The position numbers and the translations under genes are program-made. A DNA stretch of 64,000 nucleotides from Kiritimatiellia bacterium (GTDB lineage: Bacteria > Verrucomicrobiota > Kiritimatiellia > CAIQIC01 > Lenti-01), in NCBI GenBank assembly GCA_050176815.1, contig JBFXHR010000011.1, forward strand, positions 1,055-65,054, written 5' to 3'. This document shows positions 48,859 to 57,582 of the stretch, in pieces; within the stretch, counting starts at the first letter, position 1; each line of letters opens with the position of its first letter. Below the pieces are notes generated by a model, which ran no database searches, was not told the DNA's origin, and saw only the letters and a list, made by a program, of their open reading frames with translations.

Positions 48859-49902
48859 ATGCTCTCCGGCATGAAAACCCTGCTCCGCGCATTCTGGATC
48901 GCCGGTTGCCTGGGAGCGCTGACGGCGCTCGCCCAGACCTCGGCGGTCGTCCCCCCCCCGCCCGTCTCGCCCATCCCGCCCACCGAATTCCGCGGCTGGC
49001 CCAAGGCCTACGTCCTGAAAAACGACCGGGTCGAAGCCGTGCTCGTCCCCGCCGTCGGCCGCCTCGTGCATTTTTCCGCCGCCGGCGAACCCAGCCTCTT
49101 CCGCCTCGAATCCTCCCTGCAAGGCCAGACCCCGCCCCGCGGCGAACGGTTTTTCAACGTCGGCGGCGATTGGCTTTGGCCCGTGGCGCAGGCCCGCTGG
49201 GCCTCGCTGTCCGCCGACGGGAGCCCGTGGCCCCCCCCCGCCCCCCTCGCCGACCGGCCGTGGAAGTGCTCCGCCTGGACGGACGTCGGCGGCGCCCAGT
49301 GCGCCCTGCTGACCCGCAAATACGGCCCGCCCCTGAACGTGCTCGTCACGCGCCTCTTCCGGCTCGATCCGAAGTCTTCCGCGCTCGTCGTGCGGCAGCG
49401 CATCGAGCGCACCGGCGCGCCCGGCGTCCCCGTCGTCCTGTGGAACGTCAGCCAAATCGCGAACGCCGAATCCATCGCGATGCCCGTGGAGGCGGAATCC
49501 AGGTTCCGCAACGGCGTCAAGGCCCTGATGGGCCGCAAGCCCACCCGCAAGCGGCTCGTTCCGTGCGGCGACGCCGTCGTCTACGCCGTCGCGCCCGGCG
49601 CCGAAACCAAGCTCGGCTCCGATTCCCCGCGCGGATGGATCGCCGCCGCCCGCGGCCCCCACGTCGTCTTCGAATCCGTCGCCAACGATGCCCCCGGCGA
49701 CTATCCGGACGGCGGCTGCGTCGTCGAAGTCTATTCCAACGAAGGCCTTGGCTATTCCGAGATCGAAACCCTCGGCCCCGAAGTGGATTTGGCCCGCGGC
49801 ACCGTGCTCGAAAACGTCCTGCGCATCGAGCTGGCCACCGCCGATTCCCCCCTCGCCGGCTGCGCCTTCGCCGACTTCGTCCGCCCCCTCGCCGGAAAAT
49901 AG
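48859..49902 (+). CDS. secreted hypothetical protein (beta-rich)
   Basis: 347 aa with a signal peptide (MKTLLRAFWIAGCLGALTALAQT; the start could be 48871). I cannot name a domain with confidence. Confidence 0.6.
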   Translation: MLSGMKTLLRAFWIAGCLGALTALAQTSAVVPPPPVSPIPPTEFRGWPKAYVLKNDRVEAVLVPAVGRLVHFSAAGEPSLFRLESSLQGQTPPRGERFFNVGGDWLWPVAQARWASLSADGSPWPPPAPLADRPWKCSAWTDVGGAQCALLTRKYGPPLNVLVTRLFRLDPKSSALVVRQRIERTGAPGVPVVLWNVSQIANAESIAMPVEAESRFRNGVKALMGRKPTRKRLVPCGDAVVYAVAPGAETKLGSDSPRGWIAAARGPHVVFESVANDAPGDYPDGGCVVEVYSNEGLGYSEIETLGPEVDLARGTVLENVLRIELATADSPLAGCAFADFVRPLAGK

Positions 49903-49980
49903 TTTTACGTGCTACGTAAACTTTTTTCGCCGGTTTTACGTACTACGTAAAAAAGTTGTACGTAGCACGTAAAACCGGCG
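49902..49980. repeat. AT-rich triple repeat (two direct copies and one inverted copy of TTTTACGTRCTACGTA) forming alternative long hairpins; probable bidirectional terminator
   Basis: Copies lie at about 49902-49921 (+), 49932-49955 (+) and 49958-49976 (inverted). 49928-49949 pairs with 49959-49980 over 22 bp with 1 mismatch. Copy 1 pairs perfectly with copy 3 over 17 bp. T6 and A6 runs are adjacent. Confidence 0.75.
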
Positions 49981-49986
49981 TTCCGC

Positions 49987-51042
49987 TCACAGTTCGTCCA
50001 TCCGCCGGAACCGGGGCAGGGTCCGGAGGGCTTCGTAGCGGACGTCCAGCGTCGGGGCCGCGCCGCGCAAATCCATCCGCAGGTGGACGTCGTGGAAGCC
50101 GCGCGCGTCGGGCCAGCGCGCGGACATCGACGCGACCAGCGGCCGGGAGGCGTCGGCCTCCCGGTGCGCCTGGATGGTCTTGCGCGACCGATCCGCGAGG
50201 GCCAGGGCGTCCTGCTTCCATTGGCGCAGTTCGCGCAAGTCGCGCTCGTAGGGCGCCAGGCCCCGCGCGACGTATTCGGCCGGTTTGGACCAGCGCGCGA
50301 ATTTCTTCTCCAGCTTTTCGCGCTGCTTCTTCAGGCGCGCCTCCGCTTCGGCGATTTCCGCGTCGTACTGCTTGGCCAGCTCTTCCTGCTTCTGGGCGCG
50401 CCGGTCCAGGTCCGAGGAATCGCGCGGCACGTGGGTCGTCTTTTCCACCGGTTCCCCGTAGCGGCTCCGGAGCTGTTCCCGCAAATAGAGAAAGCGCCGC
50501 TGCGCCTGCGCCACCGTCAGCGGCGGAATGTCCACGCCCGCCGGATCGGAAAACGAAATGCGCGCGCGGACGAGGCGGCCCTGCTCGAACGAATACGCCA
50601 GCAGGCTCGGCATCTCGTGCGTGAAGACCGAATACACCAGGCGGTCTTCGCCCGCCCGCAACGGCTCGATCCGTTCCGCCGCGCGCACTTCTTCGGGCGT
50701 CATGCCCCAGCGCGTCCACCGCAAATGGAATTCTTCGGGCGGCGGCGCGGCGACGGCCGGCGCGGGCGCAACGGGCTCCGGCAACCGGACCGCCGCCGGC
50801 CGGGGCATTCCCCAGTCGTCCCGCTTTTCTTCCGCCGCCGGAAGCGGCGTTTCCGGAGGCGGCGACACGGGCCTTTCCGCCTGCGCCACGGCCGAGGCCT
50901 GCTCCGCGGCTTCGTCGATCTGGGCCTTGCGATCCAGCGCCGGCGACGACGACGGCCCCGGCCAAAACCACATCGCCAGGCGTACGATCAGCGCCAGCGT
51001 CGCCGCCAGGAAAAGCACCCAGGCCCATTTCACTTCGTCCAT
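49987..51042 (-). CDS. membrane-anchored hypothetical protein with coiled-coil segment
   Basis: 351 aa. N-terminal TM (WAWVLFLAATLALIVRLAMWFW), a Pro/Ala linker and a charged helical region. Confidence 0.6.
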   Translation of the reverse strand: MDEVKWAWVLFLAATLALIVRLAMWFWPGPSSSPALDRKAQIDEAAEQASAVAQAERPVSPPPETPLPAAEEKRDDWGMPRPAAVRLPEPVAPAPAVAAPPPEEFHLRWTRWGMTPEEVRAAERIEPLRAGEDRLVYSVFTHEMPSLLAYSFEQGRLVRARISFSDPAGVDIPPLTVAQAQRRFLYLREQLRSRYGEPVEKTTHVPRDSSDLDRRAQKQEELAKQYDAEIAEAEARLKKQREKLEKKFARWSKPAEYVARGLAPYERDLRELRQWKQDALALADRSRKTIQAHREADASRPLVASMSARWPDARGFHDVHLRMDLRGAAPTLDVRYEALRTLPRFRRMDEL

Positions 51043-51065
51043 GACCGGCTCCTATGCGTGGGTTT

Positions 51066-51947
51066 TCATTCGGCGCGCATCAGCAGCCAGGGCAGCAGCC
51101 CCGGGTGGCGGGCCACGTTGCGGTCCACGTTGTTGCGCGGCAAATTCCAGCGCGCATCCGACGCGCAAGCGACGGCGCCCCGGCCCGTGCCGAAGGCCGC
51201 GCGCAGGCCCAGGGCCTCGAGCTCGTCGGCCAGGTCGCCGCGCGCATCGCCGTTGGGCCAGGCCAGCGCCGGCAGCAACGCGCCGGGCACCCGCTCCTTC
51301 AGCAGCGACCAGCAGCGGCGGACGTCGTCGAGCGCTTCGTCGCGCGCCATCGAAGTCATCCGCAGGTGGCGGTGCCCGTGCGGGCCGAAATCGACGAGCC
51401 CGCTGCGGCCCATCTCGCCGATCTGCTCCCACGTCAGGAAATCGCCGGCGTGGACCGTGCGCAATTCCGGATGTCCGTCCCGCCGGTTTTCCAGCCAGAA
51501 GGACGGCCGTTGCTTCATCGTTTCGATCTCGGCGTCGGAAAGCCCCGGCATCTGCCACCAGAACGGCGTGCGGTCCTCCACGGCGCCGGTGGCCAGGAAA
51601 ATCGTCGCGGGAAGACCCAGCTCGCGCAAAACCGGAAAGGCGTGCTCGTAGTTGTCGGCCCAGCCGTCGTCGAAGGTCACGGCGAACGAGGCGCGCGCGG
51701 GCGGCGCCTCGCACCCGATCCAATCGCGCAGCGCGACCGGCTCGTAGTCCTCTTTCATGCGCGCCAGGATGCGGCGGAAATCGGGAACGGCCACGTCGAG
51801 CGTCCGCATGGCCCGTTGCTCCGGCCCCTCGCCGCCGGGGCGCACGCGGTGGAACGTCAACACCACCAGCCGCCCCGCGTGCCGCCGGCGAATCCCCCCG
51901 CACGCGCCATAGGCGCGGGCCACGGCGGTTTTCAGCAGCGTCCGCAT
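51066..51947 (-). CDS. polysaccharide deacetylase family protein (NodB homology)
   Basis: 293 aa. VTFDDGWADNY and GPHGHRH motifs. Confidence 0.8.
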   Translation of the reverse strand: MRTLLKTAVARAYGACGGIRRRHAGRLVVLTFHRVRPGGEGPEQRAMRTLDVAVPDFRRILARMKEDYEPVALRDWIGCEAPPARASFAVTFDDGWADNYEHAFPVLRELGLPATIFLATGAVEDRTPFWWQMPGLSDAEIETMKQRPSFWLENRRDGHPELRTVHAGDFLTWEQIGEMGRSGLVDFGPHGHRHLRMTSMARDEALDDVRRCWSLLKERVPGALLPALAWPNGDARGDLADELEALGLRAAFGTGRGAVACASDARWNLPRNNVDRNVARHPGLLPWLLMRAE

Positions 51948-51963
51948 GGCGCCCCCTTCCCGC

Positions 51964-52509
51964 TCAGTCCTTCGCGAACGTGACCTTGGCGATGTGCGGC
52001 AGCTCGCGGTGCCGGCCGTCGTAGTCCAGGCCGTAGCCCACGACGAACGCGTCCTCGATCTTGAAGCCGACGAAGTCCGCCTCGAACGGAACGACGCGCC
52101 GGGAGGGCTTGTCCAGCAGCGCGCAGGACCGGACGCTCTTGGCGCCCTTGGTCTGCAGGTGCGCCACCGCCTTCTGCAGCGTGCGGCCCGTGTCGAGGAT
52201 GTCGTCCACCACCACCACGTCCGCCCCCGTCAGGTCGATCGTGCAGTCGCGGGTCACGACCGGCTCCTGGATGGGCGAGGTGCCGTGGCCGTAGCTTTCC
52301 ATGATGATGAAGTCGATGCGCGGGTGCAGGTCGTGCACCGCGAACCAACGCACCAGGTCCGCCAGAAACACGAAGCTGCCGCGCAGGATGCCGATGACCG
52401 CCAGGTCGTCGCTGCGGCCGCAGGCGGCGATTTCCCGGGCGATCCCGTCCACGCGCTGCTCCAGCTGGCGCGGCGTAATCAGGACGTCATCGAGGTGGTA
52501 GGGCTTCAT
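51964..52509 (-). CDS. hpt: hypoxanthine phosphoribosyltransferase
   Basis: PRPP-binding motif VVVVDDILDTGRTL. Start taken at MKPYHLDD (52509). Confidence 0.92.
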   Translation of the reverse strand: MKPYHLDDVLITPRQLEQRVDGIAREIAACGRSDDLAVIGILRGSFVFLADLVRWFAVHDLHPRIDFIIMESYGHGTSPIQEPVVTRDCTIDLTGADVVVVDDILDTGRTLQKAVAHLQTKGAKSVRSCALLDKPSRRVVPFEADFVGFKIEDAFVVGYGLDYDGRHRELPHIAKVTFAKD

Positions 52510-52597
52510 GGGCGCATCTCCTTTGGCCAAAAACGGGTTTTGGCCGCGAACAGTCTTGCAAAAACCATCCGGATGGGGGAAGCTAAAAAAGCATTAC

Positions 52598-53698
52598 ATG
52601 AGGATTCACAGAATGAACATTCTCCGGACCCCCCTTTTCCGGGCGTTGGGCGTTGCGGCGGCCATCCCCCTCTGGGCCGCCTTCCTCGCGGCCTGCGACG
52701 TCGATTCGACGGACAGTACCACGGCCGTGGTTTCCGACAACAGCGGCACCATCTACAGCTACGCGGGCCTGTACATGCGCGATTCCAGCGGCACCAACGC
52801 CAGCGCCGCCCTGGTCTATCCGGAAGGCCGGCAGAGCGGCATCGTCCTGACCTGGCTGCGCCTGCTGCAGTACGGCAGCGCGCTCGAAGGCTACGACAAC
52901 GCCAACCAAACCTGGACCGGCAGCATCTCCGCCCAAAACGGCGCCGTCGCCTCCTTTACCCTCAGCGGCAAAACGTCCGCCGGAACCAGCGTCGAAATCG
53001 TCGGCACCCTCTCCTCCTCCTCGTCTTCGTCCTCCGCAGCCACAACCACGTCCAACGGGGCCACCCAGGTTTCCGCCTCGTCGGCCACCATGGACGCATC
53101 CTGGCTCGAAACGGGCTTCTCCGGCTCCATCTTCGCCAAGGCCACCACCTCCCCGGCCACCTCCAACGCCAATACGCGCCTCTCCATCGATCCGTCCGGC
53201 GCCTCCCTCAACAGCAACGACGTCACCCAGGTCTTCACCGCCAGCGGCGGCACCGGAAGCTATACCTGGACGCTGAGCAGCACCAATTACGGCTCTCTCT
53301 CCTCGAGCGGCAACCAGGCCACCTTCACCGCTTCCGGCGAGGCCGGCACCGTCACCGTCACCATCACGGATTCCGACGGCGACAGCGCCTCCGCCACCGT
53401 CACCTATTCGGGCGAGGATACCGACGACGATACGGCCGCGCTTTCCATCAGCCCGTCTTCCGCCACGCTATCCGGCGTGCAAAATACCCTCGTCTTTACC
53501 GCCAGCGGCGGCACCTCGCCCTACTCGTGGTACGTTTCTTCGACCATCCTGGGCACCGTGAACTCTGACAGCGGAACGACTGTTAAGTACACGCGCCCCA
53601 CCAACAACGTTTCCGCGACCAGTGCCCACGTGAATTACGTCCACGTGATCGACGACGACGACAATACCGTCGCCGCCACGGTCACCTACACTCCCTGA
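52598..53698 (+). CDS. lipoprotein with Ser/Thr-rich linker and two Ig-like repeats
   Basis: Lipobox FLAACD. Repeats VFTASGGTGSYTWTLSS... and VFTASGGTSPYSWYVSS... The start may be 52598 or 52613. Confidence 0.65.
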   Translation: MRIHRMNILRTPLFRALGVAAAIPLWAAFLAACDVDSTDSTTAVVSDNSGTIYSYAGLYMRDSSGTNASAALVYPEGRQSGIVLTWLRLLQYGSALEGYDNANQTWTGSISAQNGAVASFTLSGKTSAGTSVEIVGTLSSSSSSSSAATTTSNGATQVSASSATMDASWLETGFSGSIFAKATTSPATSNANTRLSIDPSGASLNSNDVTQVFTASGGTGSYTWTLSSTNYGSLSSSGNQATFTASGEAGTVTVTITDSDGDSASATVTYSGEDTDDDTAALSISPSSATLSGVQNTLVFTASGGTSPYSWYVSSTILGTVNSDSGTTVKYTRPTNNVSATSAHVNYVHVIDDDDNTVAATVTYTP

Positions 53699-53700
53699 CG

Positions 53701-54690
53701 ATGAAGAAAAAATCCGCCTCCACCTCCCGCCGGTGCACGATGGGCGCGCCGGAAGCCGAAATCTGCAAAACCGCCAAGGATCTGGCCGGGCTTTTCAACC
53801 GCGTCGAAACCGATGCGCCGGACGCGCTGCTGACCCATAGCCCCGCGCCGAAAAACACGGTGGACGCCCTGCGCGTCCTGCTCGACGTGATGTTTCCCGG
53901 CAAAATCAGCGCCACGCCCGTGGATGGTTCTGAACTCGGCGTCTTCCTGATCCGCCGCCTGAGCGAGACCTGGCGCCTGCTCCATCGCGAAATCCGCCGC
54001 GCCCTGCCCTACCGCTGGATCGGCGAGGCCGCCCGCGTGGAAGGCGCCCGCCCGCCCAAGATCGACAATCTCGACCACGAGACCGACCGCATCCTCAAGG
54101 CCTTTCTCGATACCCTGCCCGGCGTGCGGAAACTGCTGGTCGCCGACGTGCAGGCGGCCTACGACGGCGATCCCGCCGCCCTCACCTTCGCGGAAGTCCT
54201 GCTCTCCTATCCCGGCCTGCTCGCCATCGCCGCGCACCGCATCGCCCACGAACTCTACAAGCTCCGCGTGCCCATCATCCCCCGCATCATGAGCGAGTGG
54301 ATCCATACCAAGAGCGGCACCGACATCCATCCCGGCGCGCGAATCGGCCATGCCTTCTTCATCGACCACGCCACCGGCGTCGTCATCGGCGAAACCACGG
54401 AAATCGGCGACCACGTCAAGCTGTACCAGGGCGTAACGCTCGGGGCGCGTTCCTTCGCGCTCGGGCTCGACGGGATGCCCGTCAAGCACGTCAAGCGCCA
54501 CCCCACCGTGCAGGACCACGTCATCGTCTACGCCAACGCCACCATCCTCGGCGGCGAAACCGTCATCGGCGCCCGCTCCGTCATCGGATCCAACGTTTTC
54601 CTGATGGAAAGCGTCCCGCCGGACAGCATCGTCTCCTCGAACCATCCCGAGCTTTCCATCCGCGAAAAAAAGCGCGCAAAAAAAACTTGA
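53701..54690 (+). CDS. cysE: serine O-acetyltransferase (long EpsC/CysE type)
   Basis: 329 aa. Hexapeptide region HPGARIGHAFFIDHATGVVIGETTEIGDHVKLYQGVTLG. Confidence 0.85.
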   Translation: MKKKSASTSRRCTMGAPEAEICKTAKDLAGLFNRVETDAPDALLTHSPAPKNTVDALRVLLDVMFPGKISATPVDGSELGVFLIRRLSETWRLLHREIRRALPYRWIGEAARVEGARPPKIDNLDHETDRILKAFLDTLPGVRKLLVADVQAAYDGDPAALTFAEVLLSYPGLLAIAAHRIAHELYKLRVPIIPRIMSEWIHTKSGTDIHPGARIGHAFFIDHATGVVIGETTEIGDHVKLYQGVTLGARSFALGLDGMPVKHVKRHPTVQDHVIVYANATILGGETVIGARSVIGSNVFLMESVPPDSIVSSNHPELSIREKKRAKKT

Positions 54691-54731
54691 ACCCCGGGCA
54701 TTCTGGGGTAGGATGCCCCCGCACTGTGGAT

Positions 54732-54807
54732 GGAGGCGTAGCTCAGTTGGAAGAGCAACTGACTCTTAATCAGTGGGTCGTGGGTTCGAGCCCCTCCGCC
54801 TCTACCA
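54732..54807 (+). tRNA. tRNA-Lys (anticodon CTT), CCA encoded
   Basis: Hand-folded cloverleaf. Acceptor GGAGGCG/CGCCTCT (G1-U72 wobble), D arm GCTC-AGTTGGAA-GAGC, anticodon arm ACTGA-CTCTTAA-TCAGT, T arm GTGGG-TTCGAGC-CCCTC (one U-U mismatch), then ACCA. Confidence 0.85.
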
Positions 54808-54811
54808 TCCT

Positions 54812-55435
54812 TCAGTTCCGGCCCATTTCCCGCAAGAGTTCGCGCGCCGGCGCATAGCCCCGGTCCGCCGCCTGGCGGTACCACTTCAGCGCCTCTTCCA
54901 TGTCCCGCGGAACCCCCTTGCCTTCGGCATGCATGCGCCCAAGATTGAACTGGGCCTGCGGAAAACCATGCCGGGCCGCCTGGCTGTACCACCGAAGCGC
55001 CTTCGCATCGTCCTGCGGCACGCCGTCGCCCTCCGCATACTTGCGCCCCAGGCTGTCTTGCGCCGGCGCGTAGCCCCGCTCGGCCGCCTGGCGATACCAC
55101 TTCACGGTCTCCGCATCGTCCGGCGGAACGCCTTTTCCCAAGTCGTGCATCACCCCGACGTCGTACACGGCCGGCAGATAGCCCTGCTCCGCCGCCTGGC
55201 GGTACCACTGGACCGCCTTTTCCGCATCCGGCGCCACGCCGTTCCCGTCCGCATACATCTGCCCCAACTTGTGCTGCGCCGGGGCGTCGCCTTGCTCTGC
55301 CGTTCGACGGATCGCATCCCGTTCCGGTTCAAACGTCCGGCCGGCCAACCCGAAAACGGCGATTCCGGCCATCGCCAGAAAAATAAATCCGCCCTGGGAT
55401 ATTTTATCGCCCATGGGAAATTCCTTTTTGCGCAT
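54812..55435 (-). CDS. Sel1-repeat (SLR/TPR-like) protein with N-terminal TM
   Basis: Five tandem units of about 36 aa, of the form A.KWYRQAAE.GYA.AQ..LG.MY..G.GVP.D. The start may be 55435 or 55414. Confidence 0.85.
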   Translation of the reverse strand: MRKKEFPMGDKISQGGFIFLAMAGIAVFGLAGRTFEPERDAIRRTAEQGDAPAQHKLGQMYADGNGVAPDAEKAVQWYRQAAEQGYLPAVYDVGVMHDLGKGVPPDDAETVKWYRQAAERGYAPAQDSLGRKYAEGDGVPQDDAKALRWYSQAARHGFPQAQFNLGRMHAEGKGVPRDMEEALKWYRQAADRGYAPARELLREMGRN

Positions 55436-55485
55436 GTCTGCGACTATGCCTCCGGCCGGCGGGCTTGTCCAGCGCGGACCCGCCG

Positions 55486-56466
55486 TCACGCCTCCCGAGG
55501 CTTGGAAACGGCCCGGGCCAGGCGCGGCAAGGCCACTGCTTCGCGGACGTTGTGCTCCAGCAGTTCCCGCACCTCGTCCACCGCCGCCACCCGGGCGGAC
55601 GCCTCCGCAAACGAAAGTCCATGGGCCTGGGCGGCAATGGCGGCTTCTTCTTCCGGGAAATGGAGAGGCTTGTCTTCCGCTGCGTCCGCCCGCGCCAGCA
55701 CGTCCCGCTGCCATAGCTGGATCGTGCGCAGGATTTCCCCGCGCATTTCCTTCACGCGCGTCGCCACGCGGCCGTCGACCAAATCCTTCCCCGCCTTCGT
55801 CAATTCCGATTCGTCCCCGCCGCGCGATTGGGCCAACGCTTCCGCGCGGGCCGTTTCTTCCTCCGTGGCCAGCTCCTTCAGCGACCGCAGCGGCGCCGTC
55901 AGCCGGTCGGTCCACGCGATCATTTCGCAGGCTCGCCGCTCCGGAGGATGCCGCAGCAAATCCATCACCAGCGGCAACCACGGCGTTCCCTCCGGCCGCT
56001 CGTCCTCCAGCGTTTCCACGTACTGCGTGCGCGAGCGGATCGTCGGCAGCAGCGCGGCCGGCGTATCGGTCACCAGCGCCAGCAGGCTCCGCGGCGGCGG
56101 CTCTTCCAGCGTTTTCAGCAGGGCGTTCTGCGCGTTGTCGTTCAGCCGGTCGGCGAACAGAATCACGCCGGCCTTCCATCCCCCCCCGTACGACGTCAGC
56201 CCGATGAATTCGATCAGGGGGCGGATCTGCTCGTCGACCTTGATTTGCCGCGACTTGCTTTCCGGCTCGATCCAGCGGATGTCCGCATGCTGGCGCAGCC
56301 CCACCGCGTCCAAATCGCCAAATAGCATCCGCAGCAACCCTTCGGCAAATTCCATTCCCGAGCCGCGCGGATGTCCCGACACCAGCAGGGCATGCGGCAC
56401 CCGCCCCGCGGCGACCGCCCGGCGGAACTGCTCCAGCGCCCGCTCAACCTTGGGGGAAGAAGGCAT
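55486..56466 (-). CDS. holB: DNA polymerase III subunit delta-prime
   Basis: About 326 aa. GRVPHALLVSGHPRGSGM and the LLKTLEEPP motif. Overlaps the 3' end of tmk by 23 nt. Confidence 0.85.
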   Translation of the reverse strand: MPSSPKVERALEQFRRAVAAGRVPHALLVSGHPRGSGMEFAEGLLRMLFGDLDAVGLRQHADIRWIEPESKSRQIKVDEQIRPLIEFIGLTSYGGGWKAGVILFADRLNDNAQNALLKTLEEPPPRSLLALVTDTPAALLPTIRSRTQYVETLEDERPEGTPWLPLVMDLLRHPPERRACEMIAWTDRLTAPLRSLKELATEEETARAEALAQSRGGDESELTKAGKDLVDGRVATRVKEMRGEILRTIQLWQRDVLARADAAEDKPLHFPEEEAAIAAQAHGLSFAEASARVAAVDEVRELLEHNVREAVALPRLARAVSKPREA

Positions 56467-57094
56467 CGCCCACCTGTTTCCAGACCTCTTCGGCGATGGG
56501 CTCCGCATCGCGCATGGCGTCCACCTTGCGGAAGCGCTCCGGAAAGCGCCGCGCCAGCTCCAGATAGCCTTGGCGCACCTTTTCGTGGAATTCCAGTTTC
56601 TCGCTCTCGATCCGGTCGAACTGGATTTTCTTCCCCGCTTGCCGTTTGGCGCAGCGCTGCATCCCCAGGCTCACATTCACGTCCAGCAAGATCGTCATGT
56701 CCGGCGTCGCCGTTCCGATGGCGAACCGGTTGATGGTTTCCATCAGTTCCACGGAAAATCCGCGCCCAAAGCCCTGGTAGGCCGTCGTCGAATCCGCGAA
56801 GCGATCGCAGATCACCCAGGCGCCCCGGTCCAGCGCGGGCTGGATCACGTTCCGGACCAGCTGCGCCCGGCTGGCCTCGAACAACAGCACTTCGCTTTCC
56901 GGACACGGATCTTCGCCCGCCGCGTTGTACTGCAGCACGCCGCGGATGGCCTCGCCCAGCTTGGTCCCGCCCGGCTCGCGCGTGTAGACCACTTCGATCC
57001 CGCGCGCTTCCAGCTTCGAAATCAGCATCGCCGCCTGCGTGCTCTTCCCCGCCCCCTCCGGGCCCTCGAACGTGATCAGTCTGCCTCGGCTCAT
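56444..57094 (-). CDS. tmk: dTMP (thymidylate) kinase
   Basis: 216 aa. P-loop FEGPEGAGKST and the DRF motif. RBS GGAGGA upstream. Confidence 0.94.
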   Translation of the reverse strand: MSRGRLITFEGPEGAGKSTQAAMLISKLEARGIEVVYTREPGGTKLGEAIRGVLQYNAAGEDPCPESEVLLFEASRAQLVRNVIQPALDRGAWVICDRFADSTTAYQGFGRGFSVELMETINRFAIGTATPDMTILLDVNVSLGMQRCAKRQAGKKIQFDRIESEKLEFHEKVRQGYLELARRFPERFRKVDAMRDAEPIAEEVWKQVGDAFFPQG

Positions 57095-57118
57095 TTATAT
57101 CCTCCGATCTCCATCGTC

Positions 57119-57141
57119 ATCAGAACTCATGAACTCATGAA
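57119..57141. repeat. left arm of a perfect 23-bp inverted repeat flanking the GxxExxY gene
   Basis: ATCAGAACTCATGAACTCATGAA is the exact reverse complement of 57553-57575. It contains a tandem AACTCATG duplication. Confidence 0.95.
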
Positions 57142-57144
57142 TAA

Positions 57145-57540
57145 TCATTTGGGGTCGGAAAACCGATCCGGGCCAACCCGCTTGATCATCAGAGGCATTG
57201 AGAAAAAATTAAACAATAGGCCCGTTTGGGTTCCTGTCGCCTTCAAGTAGGAACGAACCACCGTGTAGTGGATCGGCGCAACCTCCAGGATCGCCTTCAA
57301 TTCCACCACGACACGGCCGGCGACAAACATGTCCAGGCGATGCTCCGCGATTTTGTGGCCGTCGTACAGGATATCGACGGCCTTCTGCCTTTCAAAAGGG
57401 ATCCCAGCCTTGCGCAATTCTATGCAAAGCGCCTCCTCATAAGCAGATTCCAGAAATCCAGGTCCCAACCGGCTGTGAACCGTGATGGCCGCTTTAATGA
57501 TTCCCTCTGTCAACGCCGAATCTGGATACTCATCTGCCAT
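57145..57540 (-). CDS. GxxExxY family protein (PD-(D/E)XK nuclease-like fold)
   Basis: 131 aa. The GPGFLESAYEEAL motif is the GxxExxY signature. GC is visibly lower than the surroundings (two 60-nt lines counted at 43% and 55%). Confidence 0.8.
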   Translation of the reverse strand: MADEYPDSALTEGIIKAAITVHSRLGPGFLESAYEEALCIELRKAGIPFERQKAVDILYDGHKIAEHRLDMFVAGRVVVELKAILEVAPIHYTVVRSYLKATGTQTGLLFNFFSMPLMIKRVGPDRFSDPK

Positions 57541-57552
57541 TTTGATCCTGTT

Positions 57553-57575
57553 TTCATGAGTTCATGAGTTCTGAT
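57553..57575. repeat. right arm of the perfect 23-bp inverted repeat
   Basis: TTCATGAGTTCATGAGTTCTGAT, 7 nt downstream of the cysS stop codon. Confidence 0.95.
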
Positions 57576-57582
57576 TCGCTTT

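Noticed and set aside
54732-55435. tRNA-Lys as an integration hotspot with a genomic island downstream.
   Set aside because: No integrase and no direct repeat of the tRNA 3' end were found. The neighbouring Sel1-repeat gene and holB-tmk have native-like GC and context.
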